DNA of 64,000 nucleotides from Nitrospirales bacterium (GTDB taxonomy: Bacteria > Nitrospirota > Nitrospiria > Nitrospirales > UBA8639): positions 480,001 to 544,000 of the forward strand of contig CBDBCZ010000016.1 of the NCBI GenBank assembly GCA_965203295.1, in the 5' to 3' direction. A model generated the notes under the pieces. That model was not told the DNA's origin. It was given only the letters and a program-made list of their open reading frames with translations, and ran no database searches. Below are positions 1-11,203 of this stretch, in pieces (position 1 is the stretch's first letter; every line of letters begins with the position of its first letter). The position numbers and the translations under genes were made by a program.

Positions 1-988
1 CTCGGGATCTTGACATATGCTAAATATGCTGAGCTCTCCCAGCGACCTAACGTTTTAATGAGTGAATCTTGGATTCCACAAGCGGCTGCTTTAGTAGCTG
101 CGCCAATTCTAAAACTGTGGCCTACATATTGAGAGCTGTCAAAACCTGCCTTCTTAAGTGTCTGTTTGACCCTTTGGACAAATGAGTCTCTTGTCAATGG
201 TGAGCCGTCCTGGCATCTGAACAGTGGCCCTTGATTCATCCCTCTCACTGCAAGGTATGCCATCATTGCTGTGACGGGATAGATGGGATTGTCTGTGCGT
301 CTGATAACAATTGCAATCCCTTTCCGAAATGGATCTGTTTTGGACGCTTTAATCACCACGTGAATGCTCGTAGGGTTTGCTGGGACATCCACTGATAAAT
401 CTTCCACCGTTAGGTGTGCTCCTGCATCAAACTTTGTTCCTGAAGAAATTGTGGCTTCGCCAGATCGAAGAAAGCCAAAGTACAGGCCGCCCAGAGCATA
501 ATATTGTTGAATGCTCGAGCATCTGTTTCTAACACCCACCGGATACCACACAGGATGTGAGGCGTGATTGGTAGTCTTACTCTGGGCTGTGCTCCCTTTT
601 GTGCCTGGATACTTTTGATGCCACTTAAAACTTGCTGCAGTCGGCACATATCTCCCACTCATGGGTCATGCATGCTATGGGCAATTTGCAGTTGTCTCAA
701 TGCCGATAAATAGCTCTTTATTGAAGCTTGTGATACTGCCTCGTTAGCTAAATAAGCTACATACTGACATAGTGTGCTCTCAGATAATGGAAGACTATTA
801 TACTGGTGCTTAGAACAGAACTCCAGATATCGCAACTGAGCTGATGAGTAGGACCGCCGTGTTGAGGCTGCTATACCATTTGTAAAATAGAACTGAACCA
901 TCTGGTCCAATCTGGCGATGTCCATTCTGGTTGTGCCATGCTGAGTCCCAACACCAGTGGAAATGGGATTGGTGTTGGTGATGTGCAT
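1..988 (-). pseudogene. Tyrosine recombinase of the Ngaro/DIRS element (disrupted)
   Basis: N-terminal AASTRRSYSSAQLRYLEFC, then RLPITPHIL and MLWAACTLAF. FLRSGE is out of frame at ~460-475. SKTDPFRKG at ~320-345. Manual translation of 1-140 gives GHSFRIGAATKAAACGIQDSLIKTLGRWESSAYLAYVKIP (catalytic HxxR and GRW...Y). Stop at ~659. Confidence 0.92.
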
Positions 989-2724
989 GCATGCGGTACC
1001 TGTGACAAGTAGAAGGGGAGATTACCTCTTGAGAGGGCATCAGCTAGTACATTGTCCTTGCCAGGTGTATATATGTTTTGCCACAAGATGAACATCAAAC
1101 TTTGCCCAGACAAAGAAGAGGCATCTTATCCTGTGCATCAGTAGGGCATCTTTTGCATACCTTTGATTGATGACCTATACTGCTGCCTCATTATCGCTGA
1201 TGCACCTCACTGTACAGCCTTACCACATGTGGCCCCACACAACGCATGCCACTACAATTGGGAAGAGCTCCTTTGCGGCAATTGAAGCCGAAGCCATTTG
1301 GCCAGCTCCCCATTGGATTTGAAACCAATGGCACTGCCAGAATGCCCCACATCCCCACACTCCAGATGCGTCACTCCAAACTTCCGCATGTGGGGCTTCC
1401 TCTCCATAGTCCCTGAGCATAGATACTCCATTCCACGTCGGGAGAAACGTTCGCCACCATTCTATATCTGCTTGAGTGGATTTGCAGAGGCGAATGTGAT
1501 AGTGGTCCGGATCTTCTTCTCGCTGAGCCAGTTGCTCATAAATGCGGCGAGTAAAAGGTCAACCTGGACGAACCACCTTGCACGCATGCTGAAGTGAACC
1601 AGCTAGAGACTGAAGCTCTTTTTTTTTGTACAAAACTTCCGTTGGCACCATTGCTGGATTTCTTGCTGCAGTCGCTGTAACTTGTATGGAGGCAACCACA
1701 ATACCATTGCAATTGTGTCCATCTCGATGCCAAGGAACGTGATGCACGTTGCGGGACCTTCGGTTTTGTCATCTGCTATGGGGACACCCAACTCACCACA
1801 CGTTTCCAGCACCATCTGCAGGTTGCGACCACACTCATCACTTTGCGGAGCACCTGCTGTTATGAAATCATCCAGGTAATGCTGGATATATTGCACTCCT
1901 TTCTTGCTTGCTACCCACTGGATAGCATCTGCCAACGCCGTGAATATCTTTGGCGCGGATCTGAGGCCAAGTGGCAGCGCAGTATCGATATAATCCATGC
2001 CTTGCCATCACATTCCTAGCAGCTGACGATCATCAGGGTGGATGGGAACTATGCGATAAGCGCTTTTGACATCTGTTTTTGACAGCATAGTTCCTCGTCC
2101 CAACTCGAGGACAGCTGCTGCAACTTGGTCAACTGACACATATGATAGCGAACAAAGTGCCCGATCAATGCCATCATTGACGCTTGCTGCTCTTGGGTAA
2201 GATAAATCCAAGATTAGCCGCCACTTTCCTGGCTGATGACGCTTCTCCAAAAGGCCAAATCTGCTGATCTGAAGGTTTGGAATTGCTCCTGCGGGAAATG
2301 GACCCAATACTCTTCCCACTGCACATCCCTTTGCCAAATACTCCTCTATAACCTCGGGCCTATGGTACGCCGATGGCATATTGCGTCTTGCCGGTCTGCA
2401 TTTGCAATCCGCATATCTAAAGCCGATGCGGAATCCCTCCTCAATACCTGACAAGAGGTATCTAGCAAACTCCTTGTCTGGATGTTGCTGAAGGTAATGT
2501 CGCCATGTTTGAACCCGTAGAGGGGTGACCACCTGTGAGCCGACTACAGCTCCTGCTGGAGATCTGGCACTAGGCCTGCATCCGTCCAGTGCCACCAAAT
2601 GGCGAGTATACAGATATCCATTGCTTTCTCTGCCACTATCTGCAGAGACAATAGTGTTGGAGTGGGTGGAAAATGCAGATAGAGTGCAATGAATACCATC
2701 GCAATTCAGCCCCATTTGTACCAC
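871..2724 (-). pseudogene. Reverse transcriptase / RNase H (pol) of the Ngaro/DIRS element (disrupted)
   Basis: RT motifs KWRLILDLS, SVNDGI, KTDVKSAYR, LPLGLRSAP, HYLDDF, FLGIEMDT. RNase H motifs WSDASG, SIAAKEL, PGKDNVLADALSR. In-frame TGA at 2008-2010, a frameshift in the T-run at ~1620 and further stops. Confidence 0.93.
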
Positions 2725-3142
2725 TACGCTACATGCACTATTCTTATACTGTTACTAACTACACATGTACCCTTGTAGTATTAAATTCCCTATTATACCC
2801 TGATGTGGAGATCACATCCTCATTGAGGATGGAAACAATATTTGCTGCTGGTGCCTACTTTGGACTGAGGTTAATCCCTTTTATTTATTATAGAGTTGCC
2901 AGAATACGCATCATATTATTAAATGATGAATGGAGGATAATCCATGTCTGGATAAGACCAATATTTGCTGCATGTTGCTGCCTATATAGCCGTTCTACAC
3001 TATAGTGATGGACCAGCCACCAGATATACCTATATACATGTATATGTATGCACCTTGATAAGGTTATGTTCTACATGTTCTGAAATACTGATAATGTTGT
3101 TCTCTTCCTTTGCAGGGTTTGAACCTGTCCCTGTATGCTGGC

Positions 3143-5444
3143 TTAAAGCTCAGCTGCTGGTTGCTGAGGGCCTGTATCCTTACAAGACTTTGCCGGATGC
3201 CGACCGCCACACTGCCCACATACATGACGGAATTTGCACGGGTTGTATTTGCATTCGCCATACGCATTGTACGTTGCACAGACATTGTCCGGCCACCTCC
3301 TGCGCCTCTTGGCCATGGTTTGCTCGCTAGCTGTACTGGCAGGACTGCTTCGCCCTCGGCGGCGTGGTTTCAGAGGGCAATCATCTGACTTGTGTGATGT
3401 CCCGTCGCAATGAGAGCACATAGCCACCGCTTTCGCTCTGCCTGTGAAAAATCGGGTGTACAAGTCGGTATCCATCCTTGCCGAATCCCGGTTTCCTGTG
3501 GCAGCTGCATTTACTCTGAAATGTGTGTCATACGACCTCCAATATAGGCCATCGTACTGTTGGCTGGCTTTGACGATTAGCTGTAGGTACGCTATCATAC
3601 CCCCAACCACCTCTGGGTACTGTTGGGCCATTGCTGCCACGTAAGTTGTAAAACACTGCGTCCACTGCAGAACGTTTTTCACTTGGCGGCGCCTGTGCCG
3701 GATAACCTCGCAGCCTGGGAAGAAAGCAAACCTCTGAGCGTCAGCATCCGGTAGCGTTGCATCGTGTGTTGTATTGGTCGGGAGCAGTTCGGCTAGATCT
3801 ATGTACTCCCACCTGTGCATCTTTTCTACAAGCCTCTTCGGAATCGTAGGCAGGCCTGGCCCAATGGAAATTCTTTGTGTTGCTGCAGCCGCTTGAGCTT
3901 GATGGCCATTGATAGCAGGCAGCATGAATGCGAGTGGCCAGTAGCTACTAGCCAGTGTGGCCGGTTGAATGAATGGTTGCAGCTGGCTTGACCCACGCTG
4001 TTGTTGCATTTGCTGCTGCTGCAAATTCAAGGCCGGTTGCTGCTGTTGGCCTGTAGTTTGCTGCTGTTGCACGCTCGATGCTAGTTGCTGCTGCTGGCCT
4101 ACTACCTGCTGCTGTTGCAAGTTCAAGGCTGGTTGCTGCTGCTGGCCTGTTACTTGCTGCTGTTGCAAGTTCAAGGCTGGTTGCTGCCTCTGACCTAGTA
4201 CTTGCTGCTGTTGCAAACTCAAGGCTAGTTGCTGCCGCTGGCTTGCAATTGGTGGTTGCTGCTGCTGCTGTCTCAGGCTACAGTCAACTCTCCAAATAGC
4301 GGACACTTTGGTACGACAGCCTTTGTCCTTTATTTAGAGAGTGTCCTTTATTGGGGAGTTTTGAAAAATTCATGCTTAAATGATGTTAAAATAACTTTAA
4401 TATAAGCATTCGATGACTCAACAGTTCAAAATTATGAAAAGTATTGATCAATTGTAGTCTGTGTATAATTATCAGCACTAATACCAGCTAGATTATTCAC
4501 GTGCTTACGGTTTCCAATTCAAATGACGCAATTTCTACGTCAGTGTATCAAAGCAGTACAGTATAGACTATAGAGCTAGTCGAGCGCGAGTCAGAATGAG
4601 CCATGGCGTCACAGCCACAAGAGAGAGAACTTTTGTGATTCAAGAGAGGAACTTTTGTGATTCAAGAGAGAGAACTTTTGTGATTCAAGAGAGAGAACTT
4701 TTGTGATTCAAGAGAGAGTGATTCAAGTTTGTAGTTTATTAATACATTGTACGTGCGATATGCATGCATTGATTGTTATGCCCCACCCACTTTCCGTTAG
4801 CCAGGAAACGATTATCATTGTATTGTACTACAGTGTTCAATCTGAAGTGTCCGCTGTCCGGAAACTAGAGAGTCTGTTAGTCGGGAGTTTTTTTTTGTAT
4901 ACTTATAGGGAAATCAATCCGTGCATGGAGCTGTGTCCACTATAACGTGTGAGTCCGCTATTCGGAGCGTCCGTTAAGAGAGAGTTGACTGTATGCTGAA
5001 GTAGCCCAGTTATTGTTTACTGCTGTGACTGGTTTGATGCCAGCTGTTGCTGCACTCTATTGCTTGGTGTCAACTGCGTTGTTGTGCCCATGGATGGTAA
5101 AATTGGCATTTGTGTAGGCATTGTCCCTACTGACACTAAAGTGAATAAGTAATTATTTGATAAGCACATTGTACCCTTACTATTACCGCATATGCATACT
5201 TAAGAATGCAGCCGCCCTAAAAGACCAGCTCCGCCCAAATTTGTTCAATGCCGGCGCCTCGACCCGTAGCTCCACCCTCTCCTTCTATACGCTCACTGGC
5301 ATTTCTATGCTCTTAGTGATATACAACTAGCACCAACGCACCATTACCCGTAGCAGCTGGTGTGTTTGAAGCGCCCGGTACTGCCCTCTCGGGTACATGT
5401 CCGGCCTCAGACGTTCCGGGAGAAGGGCGTGGCTCCGTACTCAT
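3143..5444 (-). pseudogene. Gag-like ORF with Q-rich 13-aa repeats and CCHC/CCCH zinc fingers, split by a MITE and a putative intron
   Basis: YIDLAELLP and YWRSYDTHFR motifs, CSHCDGTSHKSDDC, CATYN...CKFRHVCGQCGGRH. Removing the 4281-4991 MITE restores the frame upstream (one TAA) to 5135. ATG at 5444. Confidence 0.8.
4281..4991. mobile_element. MITE, Tc1/mariner-pogo-like (TA TSD), inserted in gag
   Basis: TA|CAGTCAACTCTC ... GAGAGTTGACTG|TA. Contains a 23-bp tandem repeat (gagagagaacttttgtgattcaa x~4) at 4621-4725. Confidence 0.88.
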
Positions 5445-6486
5445 TTTGCCGTCTCCTTGCAACAACACTTGCCTCCACAAGACTTGAAAAACTGCTAATT
5501 GGTGTAGCTTGACAACTGACTTGCCGTGGCAGCTGCAACAATTTGACAACTGACAACTGCTGTTGCTAGGTGCCATACTACCTTATGCGGGTGGCACTGC
5601 GCATGCGCACCTGACCTGGCCCTTGCCGATGCGTGGACTCTCAATGTTAACTTGGTTTAACGCGTCATTATTTCACGCCACCATCCGTGCAACGCCGCGC
5701 CCTCCACGTGTTGTGCGCGCGCCGCTCGTATAGAAACGTGTATTCAGCTGTTATCAGTGTTATGGCAGATCAGAAGAAGCTACTAGCAATCTTTGCAACC
5801 ACAGACAATTCAAACTGCAACAGCAAGTGTTGTATCAATACCTTGTATGCATGTAGCTACACTGTGTTCAAACAGCTGTTTATACATGATAACATAAATG
5901 CTGGTAGATTCATAATTACTCTGTGTATGTAGAATACACCATCAACAGTCAATGGCTCTCATGATCATGCCATGGTCATATACTTGACAGAGTGGAAACC
6001 GATGTGGATACATGTAGGTGTTAGAGTAGAGTTGTCCCGCTAACTCCCGGGAGATATTTTGAGCATGTACATGTACTGTAACAACTAGAGTAAGTAAAGT
6101 ACATGTATGTACAGTGAAGTTCTTTACACCTACTGTTTTCATTTCCTGGGCTAATACCTTCACCATTATCTGCCTTACTTCAAATTAATTGTCGTCTTCT
6201 ACCATTGACCAACCTACTGGGATTGCATTTGTTGCTCCCTTTCAGAATACCTCTCCTCAAGTGAACTACACTCAGTATTTAGTAGTCAGGGGCCCAGCTG
6301 TGGACTCAATGGACTCAGACGAATGCTGACTGGAAGGAAATTTGGAACATATTTACTACGTTCATAGTTCTTACGTAGTACACTGAGTTTAAATTTTCTC
6401 CTTCTCATCAAGGTATGCTGTAGGCCACGCATATAATATAGGCATAGGTGTGCATTATAGGATGTGCATGCCTGGACTAGTATATA

Positions 6487-6670
6487 CAGTGGAACCTCCC
6501 ATAACGGACCCTCCCACCAGCGGACAACCTCTCTATAAAGGACACCAGCTGTGGCACCAATTGGAATTACTATATAGGGCTAGTGTAGAAACCCCCCACG
6601 AGCGGACGCTTCTTGATTCCAGACAGAGGACAAACTGCACGCTCCCGACTGCAGAAGACAGCTGCAAACT
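6487..6670. mobile_element. Left-end fragment of the pogo-like family seen intact at 56844-58368
   Basis: TA|CAGTGGAACCTCCCATAACGGACCCTCCCACCAGCGGACAACC matches 56844 onward. No right TIR found. Confidence 0.75.
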
Positions 6671-7789
6671 AAAAAAAAACTTTGCCATCTTGCCTATGAC
6701 AAATATTGACTGCATTTAACTGGTAGCTACATGTGTATCGAAAGAATCCTACAAGAAAATGATTAAGCAGGAACTTGTGAGAGGCATGCATGTATTACCA
6801 AGGCACACCTCACAAGAGAAGCAGTACTCTTATTCATTCACAGCATGCAAAGCTTCAATACCTAGCCATGCCTATAGTAGCACAGTTTCTATTCTTAAAT
6901 GTCAGTGTGAAGCATACAACTGTCCCACAAAAATTGTCTAAAAGAAGCACCACTAACAGACAAATATTGTATACACACCTTATACCACAAGCAAGATTAA
7001 ACTTTTATACCCAGCATGCAAAACTTCATTACTTTGACAAACTAAATCTGAAATTTCAGTCCTAAGAAGTGTCATGGTATAAGAGAAACTGTCCCACAAA
7101 ACATTCGGGATGAGAAAATGGTTGCTATGGAACAAAAAATATGCCGTTTTTTGCACCCAAAATTTACAATATTATTCTAGTAAGCAGAAATATACCTCTC
7201 TTAGGCTGTGCAGTATTGATAGGATGCATAAAATCTTCAAAGTGTCGCTTCAGAACTATCTGTGGGCCGCTTCTGCATCTATCTCTCGTTCCAGGCGGCG
7301 TACCATAGAGCGCTGCACGGATGGGCACCGCCAAAATGTACAGGATTAATGCGCTCACGTGATTCCGTTTCCAATCCCGGTACGTGGTAGGTTATTAATC
7401 TATGACTAAACAATCGAACGTCGTACAGCGAAAGTGCTGACTCGGCAGTTTCGTCGTGCACTTCCAGTTAGCAGCTATGCGCTACGCAAAACAGGATCTT
7501 ACGGCTGTCTACCAGGTTTTCGCCATCTAGGCAACACGCAACTACCTTCACTTGCTGTAGCTTGGCCTGCAAACCTCCAAAAGCAGCTATACACGGCAGT
7601 TGCATAGTAACGTATGACGCAATACATTGCGCACGTGATAAGTGCGGACGCACAGACAAACAAACAGACAACAAACAAACGCGGAAAACGTAAAGCTATC
7701 CTAGGATCTAGGACCAGCCGTTCGCGCGCTGCGCGCGCTCCGGCTGGTAGTAAAAACTTGCAAGATAGTAACCTCCTCTACAGCTCTAC

Positions 7790-8134
7790 ACGCAGTTGGT
7801 CCGACATTATGAATGCTTGTTCTAAATAAAAAGGAGGGATCCACAAAAGCAATCTCACAGAATAGTTGGTGTCTTACGTCCTCATGTGCTGCACATTCTA
7901 GTAGGAAATGCAGTTCCGCTTCCAGTTTTACATATTTGGTATACCCTACTCATTCGGGAAGTAGCTATTCAGTCTGTGCCTACCTAGTTCAATCTCAAGG
8001 CTGTGTTTTGTGGTTCTGATCATGAGTTTCGCAAACACAGTTCTGTGAAATGGATTGGCAATATGGCTGAGATACTTGCTCATTGTCAATTCTGTTTTGT
8101 AGCTGGCAAAGGAATCAAGTTTGGGCATGCACAT
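7790..8134 (-). mobile_element. LINE ORF2 C-terminal relic (CR1/L2-group-like)
   Basis: KLDSFASYK...KYLSHIANPFHRTVFAKL...HSLEIELGRH, followed after stops by ELHFLLECAAHEDVRHQLF, typical of the LINE C-terminal region. Confidence 0.6.
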
Positions 8135-8347
8135 GTGTACCAGAATTCGGTTAGATAACGACTACTAATTTTAACGTCACTATATATGGAGATTGAGGAC
8201 AGACATAAAGCTAGTAGTTTTGCCACGGCGTGAAAATCATCCATTACATGACATTGTTGGTGTGATAGTCGTCGGAGAACTAATTCAATTTATACAGAAA
8301 TTTCTTCTTACATCAACAATTATTTTCCTGTAAGTATGGCCGCTGAT

Positions 8348-8450
8348 CAGTCTCGCGGGCCAGACTAACTTTTCGCCGTGGGAAAAGTATACTTTTTAAA
8401 GTTACTTTTCCCACGGAGGCGGCGAAAAGTTAGTCTGGCCCGCGAGACTA
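8348..8450. mobile_element. Tiny hairpin MITE with 9-bp TSD
   Basis: AGTCTCGCGGGCCAGACTAACTTTTCGCC and its inverse, flanked by GCCGCTGAT on both sides. Confidence 0.85.
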
Positions 8451-8949
8451 GCCGCTGATATCCATTGTCAAGAGACACTGTAGATATTACAAAATACTAT
8501 TACTACATAATACATGTTCATATAACCTGCATGCATATTGAGAGCAGTGTAAATGTACATTACATTGCACTGAAATGAAATTGTGACAAGTAACAACTTA
8601 AACCATTGTTACATAATTATACTGAAGAGATAAAAACATGTTATATAAAATTTGACACACAAAGTACATAAGAGGAACAATAAAGTATACGTATGCATAG
8701 AAAATTGAAACGTACATGTACGTGTACAATAAAACTTTATGAACTTTAATGACAAGGTGATGGCACTTATTGCATTGTATACATGTCATGACACTATAGA
8801 CTTGTATAATACACCTTGTTGTAACTTTAAGCATTTGCATTTCTTGCCCCAAAAAAAGAAACAGACCATAATATCAACCACTATATACACAATGTCACGC
8901 ACTTCATTTCTAGGAATAAATGTAGCAAGCCCAGCCGACAGAGCCAAAG

Positions 8950-11203
8950 CTAAGTTTTACAGTGACTCTCTAGAGGATTTCTTCCAGCAAAGACACTGAA
9001 GTTGTCCAGCTCTTTGCGCAGGCACTGATAGCTTCCCTCACTGCAATCCCTCCAAAGTTGAAAAACACGAACGAGTTCATGAGTGGGACCTGGTGGGGCC
9101 CGGCTAATGCGTTCATGTAGCATAGTTGTGTGCGGGCTGTTGAACAACTGGGCAAATTTGTCTTTACTCCGATATGCACGATCAGCGAGGCGGTACAAGA
9201 AATCATCACTCACTAACTCTTTACTCTGAGGACACTGCTCATCAAAAAGTTTGCAAAGGATTTCTTCACCGAGATCAGAATACGGCTCAAAATAGAGGAG
9301 TTCTTCAAGATCCACAGGTGCTCCCACTGTATCCACTACACAAGGCTCAGTGGCCACAATGGCCTTAGCAAGTTGAAAATAGCCAACCAGGTTTAGTTCT
9401 GATATGGGCTTCAGTGGATATTGGATGGTGTCAGTGGGATTGATAAACAATTCTGAGATAAGTACTTTGGGACAGAATTCTTCTTTGGCACTACGGATTT
9501 TTTGGATGATAGTTGATCGAATACGAGTACACGCCACTTCCCTACCCTTCAAGCAGCGTAGTATCACATTGACTCTCCTTTGTGCTACGACTTCTACTAG
9601 CGCCTCAACTCCAGATGTACCAGCCCAACTTATCCCATTCTTCCACACCGTGCACTTCCTCTGCAATGTCGGGAGGTCACTGCTAGGCATTTCAACATCA
9701 GTAGTGAGAGCAAATGAAAAGGCAAGTCGAAGAATGAGGACTTGGAGGAACCGAGGCATGAAGAACTGCTCAGCCTGGGAACTCTGCAGGATCCAGCCAC
9801 TGTAGTAGCTAAACTTTGAGCGGGCCTGCCACACACTGTCAGGTGCAGCAATGCTCACAAGTGCTGGGAAAAACAAGAACCTCTCCTGCACTTCCTGAGA
9901 AGACTCACTGGTACCTAGAAGCTGAAGAACTTCTTTGTCACTTACCTCTTGGCAGAACTCGAGGTGGGACAGAAAATGCGCAAGCATGTCGACATCTAGG
10001 TCAGAAAAGAAGCTCTTGAGCTGCGATAGTGGTACGACTCCAGTACTGTTGGCAATGCTGTGATGCTCTTTGAAGCCCTCTGGGGCAAAGACAGTGCCAG
10101 TGACTCGAGAGAGGAGTAGATCCTGGTCTAGGACTATCCAACTTTCCTCTGGCTTGTTCGGACTTCTCAGAAAAAGAATGTTTCCTCTCTCGTTTAGATC
10201 GATACAGAGCTTATGCAAGGTGTGGAAGTCATTAGGGATGAAACCTAACACTGTCCTATCAGCAGAAGCAGTAGGCAATTCAGCTGAGTGTATTTGTATT
10301 CTATCCGCAGCTTCTTTGATCTGGAGAGCAGGAGTGTCTCGGAAGCGGTCATGAAGGTACAGAAGGAAGCAGTGGCAGTTGAAGCTGAGCTCTGCACCAT
10401 TTTTCAGGGATTCACAGCTTTTGGCTATGCACTGACGAAGTTCTGAAAGAGCTGACGATTCGGAATAGCAACAATTGATGGGGAAGAATCCAGTAAAAAG
10501 AAGACTCGCGAAAGCAGACGTTTTTACCAGAGAATAAACTACGTTGTTCTTGAGAGATATTTCAGCTTTAGACTTCACTTGATCAGCATGGGAGCCCACA
10601 ACAATTACGTGTGGCTTTGCATCAACTGATAGGAGCTGGTTGTCGATAAAAGAAGACCAGAAGAGGATGGACTGCTTGAACTCTTCTTCATCCTTTCGAA
10701 GGTCAGCAAGAAGGAGGAAGAGGGCAGCAGAGGAACCAGTTATGGTGTTCTGCAACATTGCAGCATGGCTGCCATAAAACTCCTTGTGGCCGGCAAAATC
10801 ATAAATGGTGATACGACCGAATTGCTGACTCTCAAAGTTGTGGGGGATAATTCCAGCCGTCTTTTGATCTATTCCAGAGACCTTTACAAAATAACTGAAA
10901 ATACGAGAAAGGCCTCCACTTTCGTTTTCCAGAGCTTTCACCAGTGTCGATTTGCCTGCCTCGGGATCTCCGACTACAAATGTTTTGACAATAGACTTCG
11001 TTGGCTGTTTCTGGTAAGTGGGAGCAAGCATACTTCCATAATGTACGTATACATCCTTCACACTAGCTCCGTAGGAAATGAGCTGTCGAATGATATCCAC
11101 GTTTTTGGTCAGGCCAAGAGCAGATTTGCCATCTTCAGTGACGGCATTTACATTGCAGTGCATCTCACTCAGTAGGTAATGGACAACATCTTTACGATTT
11201 TGC
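8950..11203 (-). CDS. ROCO exon 10: last ankyrin repeat, Roc, COR, death-fold-like C-terminus
   Basis: Acceptor ttctgtgtag|G. Roc motifs G1 GDPEAGKST, G2 KTAGI, G3 YDFAGHKEFY, G4 VGSHAD. COR motifs LHERG-like LNERGNILFL, WIVLD, FFPAL, CTVWKNGISW. C-terminal VFQLWRDCSEGSYQCLRKEL. Confidence 0.93.

Larger units (their letters stand above)
1..5450 (-). mobile_element. Decayed tyrosine-recombinase retrotransposon (DIRS order, Ngaro-like), running off the left edge
   Basis: Domain order gag - RT - RNase H - YR on the minus strand, with no methyltransferase seen between RNase H and YR. Several stops/frameshifts and a MITE inserted in gag. The 5' boundary is uncertain (may extend to ~5640). Confidence 0.9.

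Noticed and set aside
1..5450. Retroelement RT/YR acting as the diversifying enzyme for the ROCO cassettes (DGR-like)
   Set aside because: The element is disabled, no template/variable repeat pair or adenine-specific mutation pattern is evident, and proximity alone is not evidence.
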